Below are positions 54,155-64,000 of a stretch of 64,000 nt of DNA, piece after piece. Position 1 is the first letter of the stretch; each line of letters opens with the position of its first letter. Both the position numbers and the translations under genes were made by a program. The stretch covers positions 64,001-128,000 of the IMG/VR virus record IMGVR_UViG_3300013121_000039, one strand, 5' to 3'. Origin of the DNA: a virus (Duplodnaviria; Caudoviricetes). The notes beneath the pieces were generated by a model, which was not told where the DNA came from, ran no database searches, and saw only the letters and a list, made by a program, of their open reading frames with translations.

Positions 54155-55065
54155 CAGTCCATCCACTTCTTCATCTTGGTGCGCAGCACCTTGCGAATCT
54201 TGGAGACCTTGGTGACGTGCCAGCCGAGCCTCTTGGCGAGCACGCCGGTGCTCAGGGCTGGCTTCCCTCCGTCCCGCGGGTAGACGAGCTCGTGGACCTT
54301 CTTCTCGTCCGGCTTCAGCCCGTGGTAGATGAGCCGCGCCGCCATCAGCTCCTGGTTCAGGGCAGTCGAAGTCGCGCCTTCCAGCACCTCGCCACCAGCG
54401 TCGATGTCGAGGCCGCGGCGGACCTGCCGGTGCACCATGAGGGCGTCGTTCTCGGACAGCCGCTTCCCGGTCCAGTCCTTCGAGTGGGTGTGCTCGACGA
54501 TCTGGTTGAGGGAGGGCTGGTACCCCAGCTTGGCGGTCAGCTCCTCCTGTGCGGTGCGGAAGGGCGTGATATTGTCAGCCACCTCATCGGAGATCTTGGC
54601 GGTGTTCTGGTACTTGCGGACGAAGCGGCCCAGCCCACGCAGGTGGTTCACGATGTGGGTGGTGAGGTTGGCCCCGCCCTTCATCGACGGATTCCAGCTC
54701 TCCAGCGCATCGTAGTAGAGCTTCGTCGCCTCGCCGAAGATGGCGTCCCGGTTCACCTCGACGCCGCGCCACTTGTTGACCTCCTTGTTGAGGAGGGACT
54801 GGTGGCTCTTCCAGAGAGGAGTGAAGTGGTCAGGGTGCTTGTCGTTCTGGACCCAGCTGTGCCAGAGCTCGACCTCGTTCTTGCGGGTCTTGCTCAGGCG
54901 GGCCTGACGCTCTGCCTGACTCTCCACCGGCTTGACCGCCGGCGGCTTCGGGACCTCGATCTTCGGAATGCGAAGCGCAGGCGGCTTCAGGGAACCCGCG
55001 TTCTTGGCCGCGAGCTTCCCGAGCACCCACTCCAGAGCCTCCACCTGTCGTCCGGAGTCCGCCAT
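54154..55065 (-). CDS. Sigma-70 family RNA polymerase sigma factor-like protein
   Basis: Region 2-like ALESWNPSMKGGANLTTHI, region 3-like ELTAKLGYQPSLNQI, C-terminal HTH LAKRLGWHVTKVSKIR. Confidence 0.7.
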   Translation of the reverse strand: MADSGRQVEALEWVLGKLAAKNAGSLKPPALRIPKIEVPKPPAVKPVESQAERQARLSKTRKNEVELWHSWVQNDKHPDHFTPLWKSHQSLLNKEVNKWRGVEVNRDAIFGEATKLYYDALESWNPSMKGGANLTTHIVNHLRGLGRFVRKYQNTAKISDEVADNITPFRTAQEELTAKLGYQPSLNQIVEHTHSKDWTGKRLSENDALMVHRQVRRGLDIDAGGEVLEGATSTALNQELMAARLIYHGLKPDEKKVHELVYPRDGGKPALSTGVLAKRLGWHVTKVSKIRKVLRTKMKKWMD

Positions 55066-55069
55066 CGCA

Positions 55070-56404
55070 TCAGGGGGTGCCGCCGGACATCATGGCCGTG
55101 GAGGGACGGGCGCTCTTCGGCGGCTTGAGGCTCACCGTGGGCCTGGTGCCGGCCCCACCAGGCGCCGCCGAGACCTTGAGGAGCTCCGGGTAGCGGCGCT
55201 GGGCCTCCGTGAGCTGCGAGTACGCCAGCTTGTCGAAGAAGGAATCGACGCTGGCGTACTTGTGCTGCCGCATCTCCCAGAGCATCTCCTGGTGACGCCG
55301 TTCCGCCGCCATGTCCTTGGCGAGCTCGTGGTGCGCCACGTGACTGGCGATGGACCGATCGACACCCTTCGAGCTCTTGGAGTGCTTCTTCGCGTGCTCG
55401 ATCTTGCGGTGGTCGTCGGACGCGAGACCCAGCCCGAACAGGCCTCCCAGCGCGCCTCCAGCCATGGCCCCCACCGGCACGCCGACGCGGCCATGACCAG
55501 CGCCCAGGAGGCCGCCGAGCCCGGCGCCGATGGCGGCGCCGGTGAGCCCTGCCTTCCCGTAGCCAGTGGGCTCCTCCTTGGCCTTGCGCTTCAGGTACTT
55601 CCCGTGCAGCTCCTTGCGGACACGGTACGGGATGGCGCCGTGGTAGCTCTCGCCCGGCACGTGCTCTCCGAAGATCTTGGCGAGCTTCTTGAGCGAGGCC
55701 GTCTTGGCGAGCATGGGCGCCATGGTCTCGGCGCCCTCGGCCTGGGCGAAGAGGCCCTTCACCTGCCGCTGGGCCTTCGCCTTGGCCACGTTGGCCTGGT
55801 CGAAGAGGGTCTCCGCCTCGGCACGGGTGGCCGCCCGGGTGAGCACCTTCGCTTCGGTCTGCGCCCGCTCCTCGGCGCCGAGGTTCGACACGGCCACCTT
55901 CTTCATGGCGTTCTCCTTCTTCCACGTCTTGCGACGGTGCTCCTTCCGGAGCTTGTGGGCGATGCCGAGTGTGGCGCCGGTGGCGAGGATGCCGGCCTTG
56001 ACGCGGGGCGGCAGCTTCCCCTCGTACCACTTCTCGTTCATGATCTTGAAGCCTGGCTTGCCGTGCTTCTGCGCATGCTGGTGGAGAGCGGCCAGGCCCG
56101 TCTCGACAGCGTCTCCGGTGAACTTGGCCGCGCCAGCGCCGCCGAGCGCGTGGACCCCGTAGTTGAGCGCCTTGTCGTACTTCGTGGGCGGTGGGTCGTC
56201 GTCGTGCTTCTTGATGAGCCTCTTCAGCGCAGGCAGCACGTCCGGCCTCGGGCCGGCCGTCTTCTCAGCCTCCATCTCGGCTCGAATCTGCTCGGCCTTG
56301 GTGAGGATCTGCTGCGCCTTCTCGTAGGCAGCGCTCGGCATGGGCTGAGGCTGCGGATAGCTCCGCAGGGTCTCCGCCGAGAGGCCGAAAGGATGGACGC
56401 TCAC
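55070..56404 (-). CDS. Basic glycine-zipper protein, candidate internal virion/ejection protein
   Basis: GAAIGAGLGGLLGA...GAMAGGALGGLFG; repeated K-x-A motifs. Confidence 0.55.
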   Translation of the reverse strand: MSVHPFGLSAETLRSYPQPQPMPSAAYEKAQQILTKAEQIRAEMEAEKTAGPRPDVLPALKRLIKKHDDDPPPTKYDKALNYGVHALGGAGAAKFTGDAVETGLAALHQHAQKHGKPGFKIMNEKWYEGKLPPRVKAGILATGATLGIAHKLRKEHRRKTWKKENAMKKVAVSNLGAEERAQTEAKVLTRAATRAEAETLFDQANVAKAKAQRQVKGLFAQAEGAETMAPMLAKTASLKKLAKIFGEHVPGESYHGAIPYRVRKELHGKYLKRKAKEEPTGYGKAGLTGAAIGAGLGGLLGAGHGRVGVPVGAMAGGALGGLFGLGLASDDHRKIEHAKKHSKSSKGVDRSIASHVAHHELAKDMAAERRHQEMLWEMRQHKYASVDSFFDKLAYSQLTEAQRRYPELLKVSAAPGGAGTRPTVSLKPPKSARPSTAMMSGGTP

Positions 56405-56712
56405 TAGCCCCCCTGCTGGCGCCGGATCTCACGCCCCATGCGCCAGTCCTCGTGCATCTTCTTGAGCTTGCGCTCCCCGACGAGGGCGAGGGCCCCACCG
56501 GAGAGGGCGGCCGCCCCGACATGCCTGGCGTTCACGCCCGCGCCCTTGAAGAGGTTCTTGGCGGCGGGCACGTCGAACTTGCGCTTCACGAAGCGCTCGG
56601 AATTCTTGAGGACGGTGGAGGCCATGCGCGGCCGGATCCCGGTCCGGGTGAACCCGCCGGCCGCGATCTTGGTCAGCTCGTCCATGAAGGCCGACACGAT
56701 GCTCTCGTTCAC
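56404..56712 (-). CDS. Small basic protein with AFxDELxKIA N-terminus
   Basis: AGGAGG RBS; SAFMDELTKIA. Confidence 0.65.
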   Translation of the reverse strand: MNESIVSAFMDELTKIAAGGFTRTGIRPRMASTVLKNSERFVKRKFDVPAAKNLFKGAGVNARHVGAAALSGGALALVGERKLKKMHEDWRMGREIRRQQGG

Positions 56713-56747
56713 AGAAACCTCCTAGTCTTCCGAGGATACACGGGGCT

Positions 56748-56769
56748 TTCTCCCGTGAGAACGGGAGAG
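56748..56769 (-). terminator. Hairpin after the baseplate hub-like gene
   Basis: TCTCCCGT/ACGGGAGA stem; no U-tract on the minus strand. Confidence 0.35.
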
Positions 56770-59700
56770 TTACCCCACGAATCCCAGACCCCGGTCCTTC
56801 AAGGCCAGGCGGTACTCCTTCACCCTGGCGAGCTTCTGCCACCGCACGTCGTAGCTGGCCTTCAAGGCTTCCGCCTGGGACCGCCCCATTCGCGCGAGGA
56901 CTGCGTTGTCGGTCAGGCCACAGAGGTTCTTCTGCTCGACGCAGGCCTCGTGGACCGAGAAGGTGTGGAACCCGGCCGCCCCCTTCACCACGGAGACCGT
57001 AGAGCCGGAGACCTTCAGCACCAGGTCGTAGGAGCCGAGCAGGTCCCTCTTGGTGGCCACTGGCCGCCTGGTGTACGTCTCGACGAACTCGTCGACGTCC
57101 AGCTTGGCCAGACGCACCTTGCCGTAGGTGAAGGCGAGGAGGTTCACGGCCTTCTCGATGGAGACGAGTCCCTTCTGCATCTCGATGGTCCGCAGACGCT
57201 TCTTCAGGGCCTCCGTCTCCTCGCCGGGCATGACGAAGACCCCGTCCGGCTCATCCTGCTCTACCGGACCGACCTCCAGCACCAGGTCGTCCACGATGGA
57301 GCCGCAGCCGAAGAACTTCTGGTAGACCTGCTTCCCCACCTTGTTGTTGTCATACGAGGAGGACAGCCAGGTGGGCTGGACGGCGTACTCGAATGGCACG
57401 TCCTCTGGAGCAGCTCCGGTCGGCACCGCCACCGTCTCATAGACCATGATGCGGTCGTAGTAGTAGGACTTATCGAGCTCCTTGTACCCGCCGAAGACCT
57501 CGATGAGCTTCACGGTTCCGCCGTGGAACCCCTTGGAGCCAATGGACACCCGACCGCCCTCGGTCGGCACCTTGATGACCTTCCCGGTCATCGACGTCGT
57601 CTCGGTGGTCGCGTTGGTGGCGGCCTCCCGAGAAGCGGCGTCCTTGGGCACCTGCACCTCGACCGGCTTCTTCACCGCTACCTTCTTCTTCTCCAGGATC
57701 TCGACCCCGTCCTTGACTGCCTTCCTGGAGTAGGACAGCTCCGACTCCGTCAGGTACCTCTTCGCCGTGACCAGGTCCGTGTTTCCCACGGCCGCCGCGT
57801 TCTGCGGCGTGCAGTCTCGAAGGAACTGGAGGAGCTTCTTGTCCTTCTTGGCCTCGGTGAGCGAGACGACGTACCGAATGGTCTTGTAGAAGGCCCCGCT
57901 CTCCCGCGTCTTCGCGACCACGCTGCCGACGAACTCATCGTCGATGCCGAGGTGGTTCCTGACGTGGCTCAGGGAGAACGTGGTGGAGCCGCCGTCCTGT
58001 CCGATGGAGTGGCTGATGCCTTCGACCATACCGAGGAACTGCGGAGGCGCCCCCAGCTCCCGGGCCGGGTCCTTGGCGCCTCGGATCTTCTGGACCGGGT
58101 CCTCCCCGGCCCCCAGCTTACGCAGGTAGAACGGCTCGTTGATGACCAGGGCAGGGAAGCCGCAAGCGAGGTAGGGCATGAACCGGCCTGCGCCGTTCAG
58201 GGTGCGCGGTCCGATGCGGTACTTGAAGAAGTGGTGCAGCCCGACTCGCTGGGTCCAGGTGATGGTGAGGTTGTTGAGTTTCTTGGCGTCGGCCGGATCT
58301 CGCCCGCGCAGGGAGCCGTTGGCGAAGGAATCTGGCAGCCACTCCTCGCGGGCCACAATGCCTGTGTGGAGCTCGTGGTCCATGAGGACGCGCCACTTGT
58401 CCTTGATCACCTTGGCCGCGGCGCTCGTCTCATTCCTCAGCGACGGCTGGAGGAACTGGTTGGCCGTGAGGTAGTCCTGCCCGGTCACCATCGAGTGCTG
58501 GAAGATGGCGACGCGCGTGGTCTCGTCGATCAGACTCCGGTCGTAGGTGATCTGCGTGTACTGCTCCGGGAAGATCACGTTGCAGGTCGGAGGGGCAGCC
58601 ATGTAGCAGTCCGGCCTGAAGATCTGCGTCCTGAGACGCTGCTGCCCGCTGACGTAGTGCGTGCTGCCAGGCACGTCGACCGTCTGCTCGAAGGCCGCTT
58701 CGATCTGCGTCCTGAGCCCCTTGAGGTACAGGAGCGCCGTCTTCTGGCGCGTGACCACCTCTCGGTCATTCTGCTGATCGTTCTTGCTAGCCAGTGCTGC
58801 GAGAGACTCCAGGTACTGCGAGACCGACTTCGCCTGGGCGTAGAGCTTCCCCCAGCTCACCATCTTCGGAAGCATCTCGTCCCGCACCGTGATGGAGTAC
58901 GTGGAGAGCGTGGGCCCCGGCAGTCTCTCATCTCCTGCGGACTGGAGCAGCGCCATCCCGTTCTGAAGCACGACGCGGACAGCGTTGATGAACGGCGACT
59001 TGAGGAGCTTCTCCTGGTGTGGGGGGACCTTGACCGGCTTCTTGTCGAAGGATGGGTCGAACTTCGCAACCGGGTTGGGGACCACCTGGTAGTAGACGTA
59101 CTGGCAGAGCAGCTTGAACATGTCGCGCAGCGAGATCTGTCCGGACTGGCCCTGGAGGTCGTTGTAGAGCCACTTCCAGAAGACCTGCACGGAGAGCACG
59201 TTCTGCGCCGTCGAGTCGTTGTCCTCGGCCACGATCTGGCTGAGGAGGTGGGCCCGCAGCTCTGCGATGGTGAAGAAGTCGTTCACGCCCAGCGAGTGGT
59301 TCCGCAACCCGCCCATGATCTCCATGAGCGCGATGATGCCGCCCGCCAGGCCCTTCACGTCGGTGAGGCCAGGAGTCTGCGGCTTCGAGAGGATCCAGGC
59401 CCGCAGCTGCTCTCCCTGGCTCTGCGTCGGGACGTTGGCGAAGAGTGCCTCGTTGGAAGCGTAGAGGCGGCCGCGCGAGACGAAGGCGTTGCCCTGGGGG
59501 CCGTAGTCCATCATCGTCGCCTGGAGGAAGTCCCAGTACGAAGAGAAGTCGAGGCACTGGAGGACCACCGCCCGGTTGATGGGCGTCTTCACATAGGAGA
59601 AGCCGGCGAACTCTCCCGAGAAGAGGAGCTTGTAGGCCGAGTCGGAGAGCTCGGTGTCCCCGCCGTCCGCCGCCCGCAGGTCTGCCAGGGAGACCCGTCC

Positions 59701-59907
59701 CGCCTTCTCCACCCCGGCAGAGGGTTCTTCCAGGAAGAAGAGGTGCACCATGGTCCGCGCCTTGAGCTGGAGCACCTCGGGCAGCGGTACGACCTGGATG
59801 GCCGCGGCGGCCGGCGCGAAGACGTTGGCCGTGACCTGGGCGGAGATGACAGGCACCTCCAGGCCCTCCAAGAACAAACGCAGGTGGAGCGGCTTCGCCA
59901 GGCTCAC
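56770..59907 (-). CDS. Baseplate hub / tail-tip-like protein
   Basis: Begins LRLFLEGLEVPVISAQV; FMPYLACGFP motif; AGGAG RBS before GTG at 59907. Confidence 0.55.
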   Translation of the reverse strand: MSLAKPLHLRLFLEGLEVPVISAQVTANVFAPAAAAIQVVPLPEVLQLKARTMVHLFFLEEPSAGVEKAGRVSLADLRAADGGDTELSDSAYKLLFSGEFAGFSYVKTPINRAVVLQCLDFSSYWDFLQATMMDYGPQGNAFVSRGRLYASNEALFANVPTQSQGEQLRAWILSKPQTPGLTDVKGLAGGIIALMEIMGGLRNHSLGVNDFFTIAELRAHLLSQIVAEDNDSTAQNVLSVQVFWKWLYNDLQGQSGQISLRDMFKLLCQYVYYQVVPNPVAKFDPSFDKKPVKVPPHQEKLLKSPFINAVRVVLQNGMALLQSAGDERLPGPTLSTYSITVRDEMLPKMVSWGKLYAQAKSVSQYLESLAALASKNDQQNDREVVTRQKTALLYLKGLRTQIEAAFEQTVDVPGSTHYVSGQQRLRTQIFRPDCYMAAPPTCNVIFPEQYTQITYDRSLIDETTRVAIFQHSMVTGQDYLTANQFLQPSLRNETSAAAKVIKDKWRVLMDHELHTGIVAREEWLPDSFANGSLRGRDPADAKKLNNLTITWTQRVGLHHFFKYRIGPRTLNGAGRFMPYLACGFPALVINEPFYLRKLGAGEDPVQKIRGAKDPARELGAPPQFLGMVEGISHSIGQDGGSTTFSLSHVRNHLGIDDEFVGSVVAKTRESGAFYKTIRYVVSLTEAKKDKKLLQFLRDCTPQNAAAVGNTDLVTAKRYLTESELSYSRKAVKDGVEILEKKKVAVKKPVEVQVPKDAASREAATNATTETTSMTGKVIKVPTEGGRVSIGSKGFHGGTVKLIEVFGGYKELDKSYYYDRIMVYETVAVPTGAAPEDVPFEYAVQPTWLSSSYDNNKVGKQVYQKFFGCGSIVDDLVLEVGPVEQDEPDGVFVMPGEETEALKKRLRTIEMQKGLVSIEKAVNLLAFTYGKVRLAKLDVDEFVETYTRRPVATKRDLLGSYDLVLKVSGSTVSVVKGAAGFHTFSVHEACVEQKNLCGLTDNAVLARMGRSQAEALKASYDVRWQKLARVKEYRLALKDRGLGFVG

Positions 59908-59915
59908 GGAGGCTC

Positions 59916-61343
59916 CTACGGCACCGAGGAGAGAGACACCTTCAGGTTCTGGAGCTGGGCGATGGAGGACGTCGAGAGGTTCTCTTGCAGGAAGGAGTTC
60001 GTATCCGTCCCTGACCGGTTGACGGCATCGTCGATGAGGGCGAGGTCTCCCAGCGCCTCCGTACCTCCGGCCACGATGGGAGAGGCGGCGTCCAGGGCGA
60101 CGTTGACCCCTTGGACACCGCCCCGCACAGTCGACCTGGCCGAGCTGATGACCTGCATGCCGACATCCGTCTTGGCCGCGAGACCGATCACCGACGCCAC
60201 CTGCGCTGGTGGGACGATGAAGCCGCGGTCGGCCCACCGCTGCGCCTCCTCGGCCATGACCTGCTCGTTGCGGAGGTAGGCGGACCAGCCCGAGAACGTG
60301 TCTGCCATGGCACGGCCGTAGGCGGTCGATGAGGACTCGTAGACCGGCTCGGCGCCCACGAACTCGTCCGCGTTGTCGCCGAAGGTCGTGTAGCGGATGA
60401 CGGTGCGGCCGATGAGACCGGCCGGCTCCTCGGCGAGCTTCACCGGCTCGTCGTCGAAGACCGTGGCGCCGAGGAAGCCCACCGGCACCCTCACAGGGTT
60501 GCCGAGGATCGAGTCGATGGAGCCGGAAGCGTTGTTGACGATGGAGTGGACCTTGGACCAGGTGTTCTGGACCACCCGCAGGGCATCCGTCGCGATGGCC
60601 TCGATGAGCGAAGGGTTCGGCCGGCCGCTGAAGTCGGCGATTCCACCCCTCGGCACCAGCATGGGCCGGTACTCGCTGTCGCTGTAGAACGAGGTGAGAG
60701 GGGCCTTGTCCGACTGCTTGGCGTTCGAGTCTCCGACCTTGGCGAGGTCGATGTAGTCGAGCACGAAGAGCTGGAACGTGAGAGGGACGTAATTCCTCTC
60801 CTGCGCCTGCTTGGAGGAGGCGCAGGAGAGGATGTACCCGGCCACCATCGTCTTATCGAAGGTGAGGTACACCCTGGCGTCGTTCTGCACGCACTTCGTG
60901 CCGCGCAGGTAGTTGTCGTAGTTGTGCCACCACTCGGCTTCCCAGTTGAAGTCGAAGGTGTTGAGCAGCACACCCTGGATGGTCAGGACCCTGGGGCGCT
61001 CGCCGAAGAAGAAGATGTAGGCCTCGCCGAAGGTCTCCAGCACCTGCTGCTTCTCAGCCCTCTCTTCGGAGACGCTCTGGATGAGGAAGTTCGTGTAGTC
61101 GTAGGACGCTGTCTTGTCACCGAGCTTGAGGTCGTAGCCCGGCGCTGCGCCGGCGTTGACGAGCGGCAGCGGGGTCCCGTCCCCAAGCATGAGCCGCATC
61201 GTGGCGTAGGTGTCCTCCCGCAGCTCGATGCCGCGGGTGGGCCTGCGGACGTTGCCACGGCCGTCCATGTTCGGCTTCCCGAGCCGGGCAACCTCGGACT
61301 CGGTGGTCTTCTTGAAGCGGTCGGGGATGACGGCGACGATCAT
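59916..61343 (-). CDS. Tail tube initiator / baseplate-associated protein
   Basis: NFLIQSVSEERAEKQQVLETFG...FFGERPR pattern; follows the tape measure gene. Confidence 0.55.
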   Translation of the reverse strand: MIVAVIPDRFKKTTESEVARLGKPNMDGRGNVRRPTRGIELREDTYATMRLMLGDGTPLPLVNAGAAPGYDLKLGDKTASYDYTNFLIQSVSEERAEKQQVLETFGEAYIFFFGERPRVLTIQGVLLNTFDFNWEAEWWHNYDNYLRGTKCVQNDARVYLTFDKTMVAGYILSCASSKQAQERNYVPLTFQLFVLDYIDLAKVGDSNAKQSDKAPLTSFYSDSEYRPMLVPRGGIADFSGRPNPSLIEAIATDALRVVQNTWSKVHSIVNNASGSIDSILGNPVRVPVGFLGATVFDDEPVKLAEEPAGLIGRTVIRYTTFGDNADEFVGAEPVYESSSTAYGRAMADTFSGWSAYLRNEQVMAEEAQRWADRGFIVPPAQVASVIGLAAKTDVGMQVISSARSTVRGGVQGVNVALDAASPIVAGGTEALGDLALIDDAVNRSGTDTNSFLQENLSTSSIAQLQNLKVSLSSVP

Positions 61344-61549
61344 CTCTCCACCCCGGTCCTGATGAGGATGTCCCGGATGTCACGGCTGACGCGGTGCTCC
61401 GGGTGCTCCACGCCGTTCGCGAGCTCGGCCGCACGCAGCCTCATCTCCACGACGAGAACGTCCTCGATGGTGGGATTGTCGAGAACGAGGACGGTGTGGG
61501 GCCTCCCGTCCAGCACGACTTGGGAGCGGATCTCGGTGCGGAATGGCAT
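61340..61549 (-). CDS. Hypothetical protein
   Basis: Overlap-coupled ORF. Confidence 0.5.
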   Translation of the reverse strand: MPFRTEIRSQVVLDGRPHTVLVLDNPTIEDVLVVEMRLRAAELANGVEHPEHRVSRDIRDILIRTGVER

Positions 61550-61551
61550 CG

Positions 61552-64000
61552 CTAGGAGCCCTTGCCGTTCTGCGGCGACTTGCCGTTGATGGCGTCACGG
61601 TTGGCTGTGTAGTTCGTCCGCTCGTCGACCTTGACGTTGAAGTGGTCAGCGATGCCGAGAAGGGCGGACGTCATCGTGCGGAAGAGCACGATCTGCTCCT
61701 TCTCCTTGGCCTCCTTCATGGAGGCGCTGGAGGTCGCAGCAGCCGTCCGGCCGAGCACGTCTCGCCCAGACGCCTGGGTCAGCTTCTCCACAACAGAAGC
61801 GTCGAGGCCGACGATGTCCTTCGCGCCTCCGACACCGGTGAGACGGGCGATGGTGTCGGCCCCCAGGCCGGTCTTCTCCATCAACTCGGCCACCGTCGCG
61901 GAGCCCTTGCCGACCAGCCCCTGCAAGTTCTTGGAGGTCGTCTGCCTCTGTTCGATGGCGGCTCGGACGATGGACGGCAGGCCGCCGAGGGTCGACTTCT
62001 GGTCTGCCTTCGACAAGGAGTTGTAGGCGGAGACCGCCTTGTCGAGCGACTGCATGGCTCCGCCAGCGTCACCCTTGCTGAGAGAATCCGAGAGCGAGGA
62101 GAGGACGCTGCTGAGGGGGCCCTTGGAGGTGCCGGCTGCCCCTGCGACGTCCGAGGCCATGTCCTTCAGAGCGCCCTGGAAGGCCAGGTTGTCGGCATCG
62201 GAGAAGGCGGCTCCAGCGCGGCCGAGGACGTCCTTGGTCGACTCGCCCCACCGCAGCGTGAAGCTGCTTTCCTTGTCGAGCGCCGCGTTGACGATGTCCC
62301 ACTCGTCCCCGGACAAGGAGACCTTGCCCCCAGTAGCGCGACGGAGTGCGGCGCTGTCCTTCTTCCGCAGAGCGTCTCGAACAGCTGCCCCGTTCGGCCC
62401 GCCAGCGAAGGCCTGGGTGACGGCCTCTCGGATGTTGGAGTTGGCCGACATGGCCCCGGCGCCCTCAGACCCGAACAGACGGCGAAGGTCGCTCTGGGCA
62501 TCTCGCAGGTTCTTGTTGACCGTGTTGACGTCCAGCGCCTTCACCTCCCGCTGGAGCGCCCCCTGCATGTCGAGCACGCCTCCCGCGGCCTTGTTGCCGG
62601 CCCCCAGCAGGTAGGTCGCCGCATCCATGATCTGGGTCTCGACACCGTTCGCGTCCCGCCGCGACAGCCTGCGCTGGATGGACGACAGAGCGTCCTGGGT
62701 TCGGGCGTCGCCCTGGACGGCCTCTCTGGCCATCTCGAACTTCTTGGTGTCGGTGGCGTCGCGGAACTCCTTGCTCTCGTAGAGCTCGTTGATGATGCGC
62801 GCCGCCGCGTCTCGGCCATGGGTCTCCGACTCCCCCACGATGGCCATGTTGCCCTTCTGGAGCCACGCCGCACGAGAGTTCACGCCCTCGGCCGACGTCA
62901 CACCCAGCATCTCCTTGTAGCGGTCGAGCTGGGCGGCCTCGGTCCGTCCCGTGTCGTTGTCGCCGCGCATGACGAAGGCCCCGAACTCCGTGGAGCGGAG
63001 CCATCCTGAAGCCCGAGACGTGAGGGAGCCTCCTCCGCCCAGCTGGGGACCCGCGCTGACCTTGGCCAGGCGCTTCAGGTCACCACTGGCCATCGCCGTC
63101 CGGAACTCTTCCCGAGCCGACTTCGTTGCCGTGATGATGGCGTCGTTCTGAACGTCTGCCAGGATTTCCTCGATGTAGGTCCCGATCCCCGTCGAGAACT
63201 CTGCGCCAGCCTCACGGAGAGGCTCCATGAGCGAGTTCTGGAGCCTCTTGCTGAGACGCTTGCCGATGCCCTGGGCCGAGCCGTACTCCCGACGCATGGC
63301 CTGTCTCTTCACCATCTCGGCCACAGCGCGCCGCTCTTCTCCGACCCCAGCCCCATTCTCCTTGAGCAGGGAGGTGATGAGGTCCGCCTGCTCCTCGGAG
63401 GCCCCGTACTGCGACTGGAGGATGTAACCCGCTGCCTCCGTGTCCGTCCCAAGCGCGCCCTGGAGCAGCTGGAGCATCGCTTCTCCACCGCCCATCGAGG
63501 CGAACTGCTGGCCGAGCTTGGTCTGGTGCCTCTCGAAGGCGATGACGTTCTTCCGGTTGCCCATCATCTGCCGGCCACGCTGGCGGATGTCGTCCATCGA
63601 GAGGTTCCCGGCGAGGTGCTGCCTCATCAGGTCCTCGTCGATGCCCACCTCGCCGTTGGGCCCCACCTTCATCATGCCGGCCAGCATGAAGCGGCCCGGG
63701 CCGGACCCCGCCACGCGCATGCCGAAGTTGGCGAGCATGCCGGCGGCGTCGCCGATGCCCTCTTCCCCAACCTTCCCGGTGATGTTCGCGATGGTCTCCT
63801 GGAGCCCGACGTTGCCTCGCACCGCCGCACCGAGACGCTGTGCGATGTTGGTGACCGCCTGGGCCCCCAGCCGGCGAGAGCCGCCGATGGCCGTCCCGAA
63901 CGCCGCCCCCTGCTCCTGCATGGCCATGACCTGCTCCTGCGTCATCCCAGTCATCGACTGGGTGACACGGGTATTCATGGCGTTCACGAGCTGGTCCTTG
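61552..64000 (-). CDS. Tape measure protein (5' truncated by the window edge)
   Basis: Long Ala/Gly/Gln-rich helical ORF open to the window end, upstream of baseplate genes. Confidence 0.65.
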   Translation of the reverse strand, partial: KDQLVNAMNTRVTQSMTGMTQEQVMAMQEQGAAFGTAIGGSRRLGAQAVTNIAQRLGAAVRGNVGLQETIANITGKVGEEGIGDAAGMLANFGMRVAGSGPGRFMLAGMMKVGPNGEVGIDEDLMRQHLAGNLSMDDIRQRGRQMMGNRKNVIAFERHQTKLGQQFASMGGGEAMLQLLQGALGTDTEAAGYILQSQYGASEEQADLITSLLKENGAGVGEERRAVAEMVKRQAMRREYGSAQGIGKRLSKRLQNSLMEPLREAGAEFSTGIGTYIEEILADVQNDAIITATKSAREEFRTAMASGDLKRLAKVSAGPQLGGGGSLTSRASGWLRSTEFGAFVMRGDNDTGRTEAAQLDRYKEMLGVTSAEGVNSRAAWLQKGNMAIVGESETHGRDAAARIINELYESKEFRDATDTKKFEMAREAVQGDARTQDALSSIQRRLSRRDANGVETQIMDAATYLLGAGNKAAGGVLDMQGALQREVKALDVNTVNKNLRDAQSDLRRLFGSEGAGAMSANSNIREAVTQAFAGGPNGAAVRDALRKKDSAALRRATGGKVSLSGDEWDIVNAALDKESSFTLRWGESTKDVLGRAGAAFSDADNLAFQGALKDMASDVAGAAGTSKGPLSSVLSSLSDSLSKGDAGGAMQSLDKAVSAYNSLSKADQKSTLGGLPSIVRAAIEQRQTTSKNLQGLVGKGSATVAELMEKTGLGADTIARLTGVGGAKDIVGLDASVVEKLTQASGRDVLGRTAAATSSASMKEAKEKEQIVLFRTMTSALLGIADHFNVKVDERTNYTANRDAINGKSPQNGKGS

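Noticed and set aside
56452-60279. Very long antisense ORFs (1275 aa here; also 7517-9961, 32496-34616, 36699-39224, 43972-46716)
   Set aside because: Shadow ORFs opposite real genes, expected from strong GC3 bias; no motifs or RBS.

Overview
High-GC segment of a large tailed dsDNA phage genome, probably a contractile-tailed myovirus (host not determinable from sequence; a high-GC bacterium). There are three blocks. (1) 80-22239, + strand: replication, recombination and nucleotide metabolism (SF2 helicase, family-4 UDG, DnaB-like helicase, primase, PolA, HU, RecA, PD-(D/E)xK, Cas4-like and RusA-like nucleases, MazG-like proteins, dNMP kinase, ThyX). (2) 22413-27583, + strand: a tRNA operon with 40 recognisable tRNAs covering all 20 amino acids, an HNH gene, several non-canonical tRNA-like or structured RNAs and an rrn-type boxA. 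(3) 27937-64000, mostly - strand: SNF2-like helicase, lysis-like membrane genes, tail fibre, baseplate, tape measure and a sigma-70-family factor. The most striking feature is the operon leader, which the ORF track misses. A sigma70-type promoter drives a nearly leaderless 51-codon ORF containing all 20 amino acids and codons for 34 of the 40 downstream tRNAs. Its stop codon lies in an antiterminator that is mutually exclusive with an intrinsic terminator placed before the first tRNA. This looks like a pan-codon attenuator that turns on the phage tRNA set when any host tRNA becomes limiting. All calls come from manual motif reading; no database searches were run.
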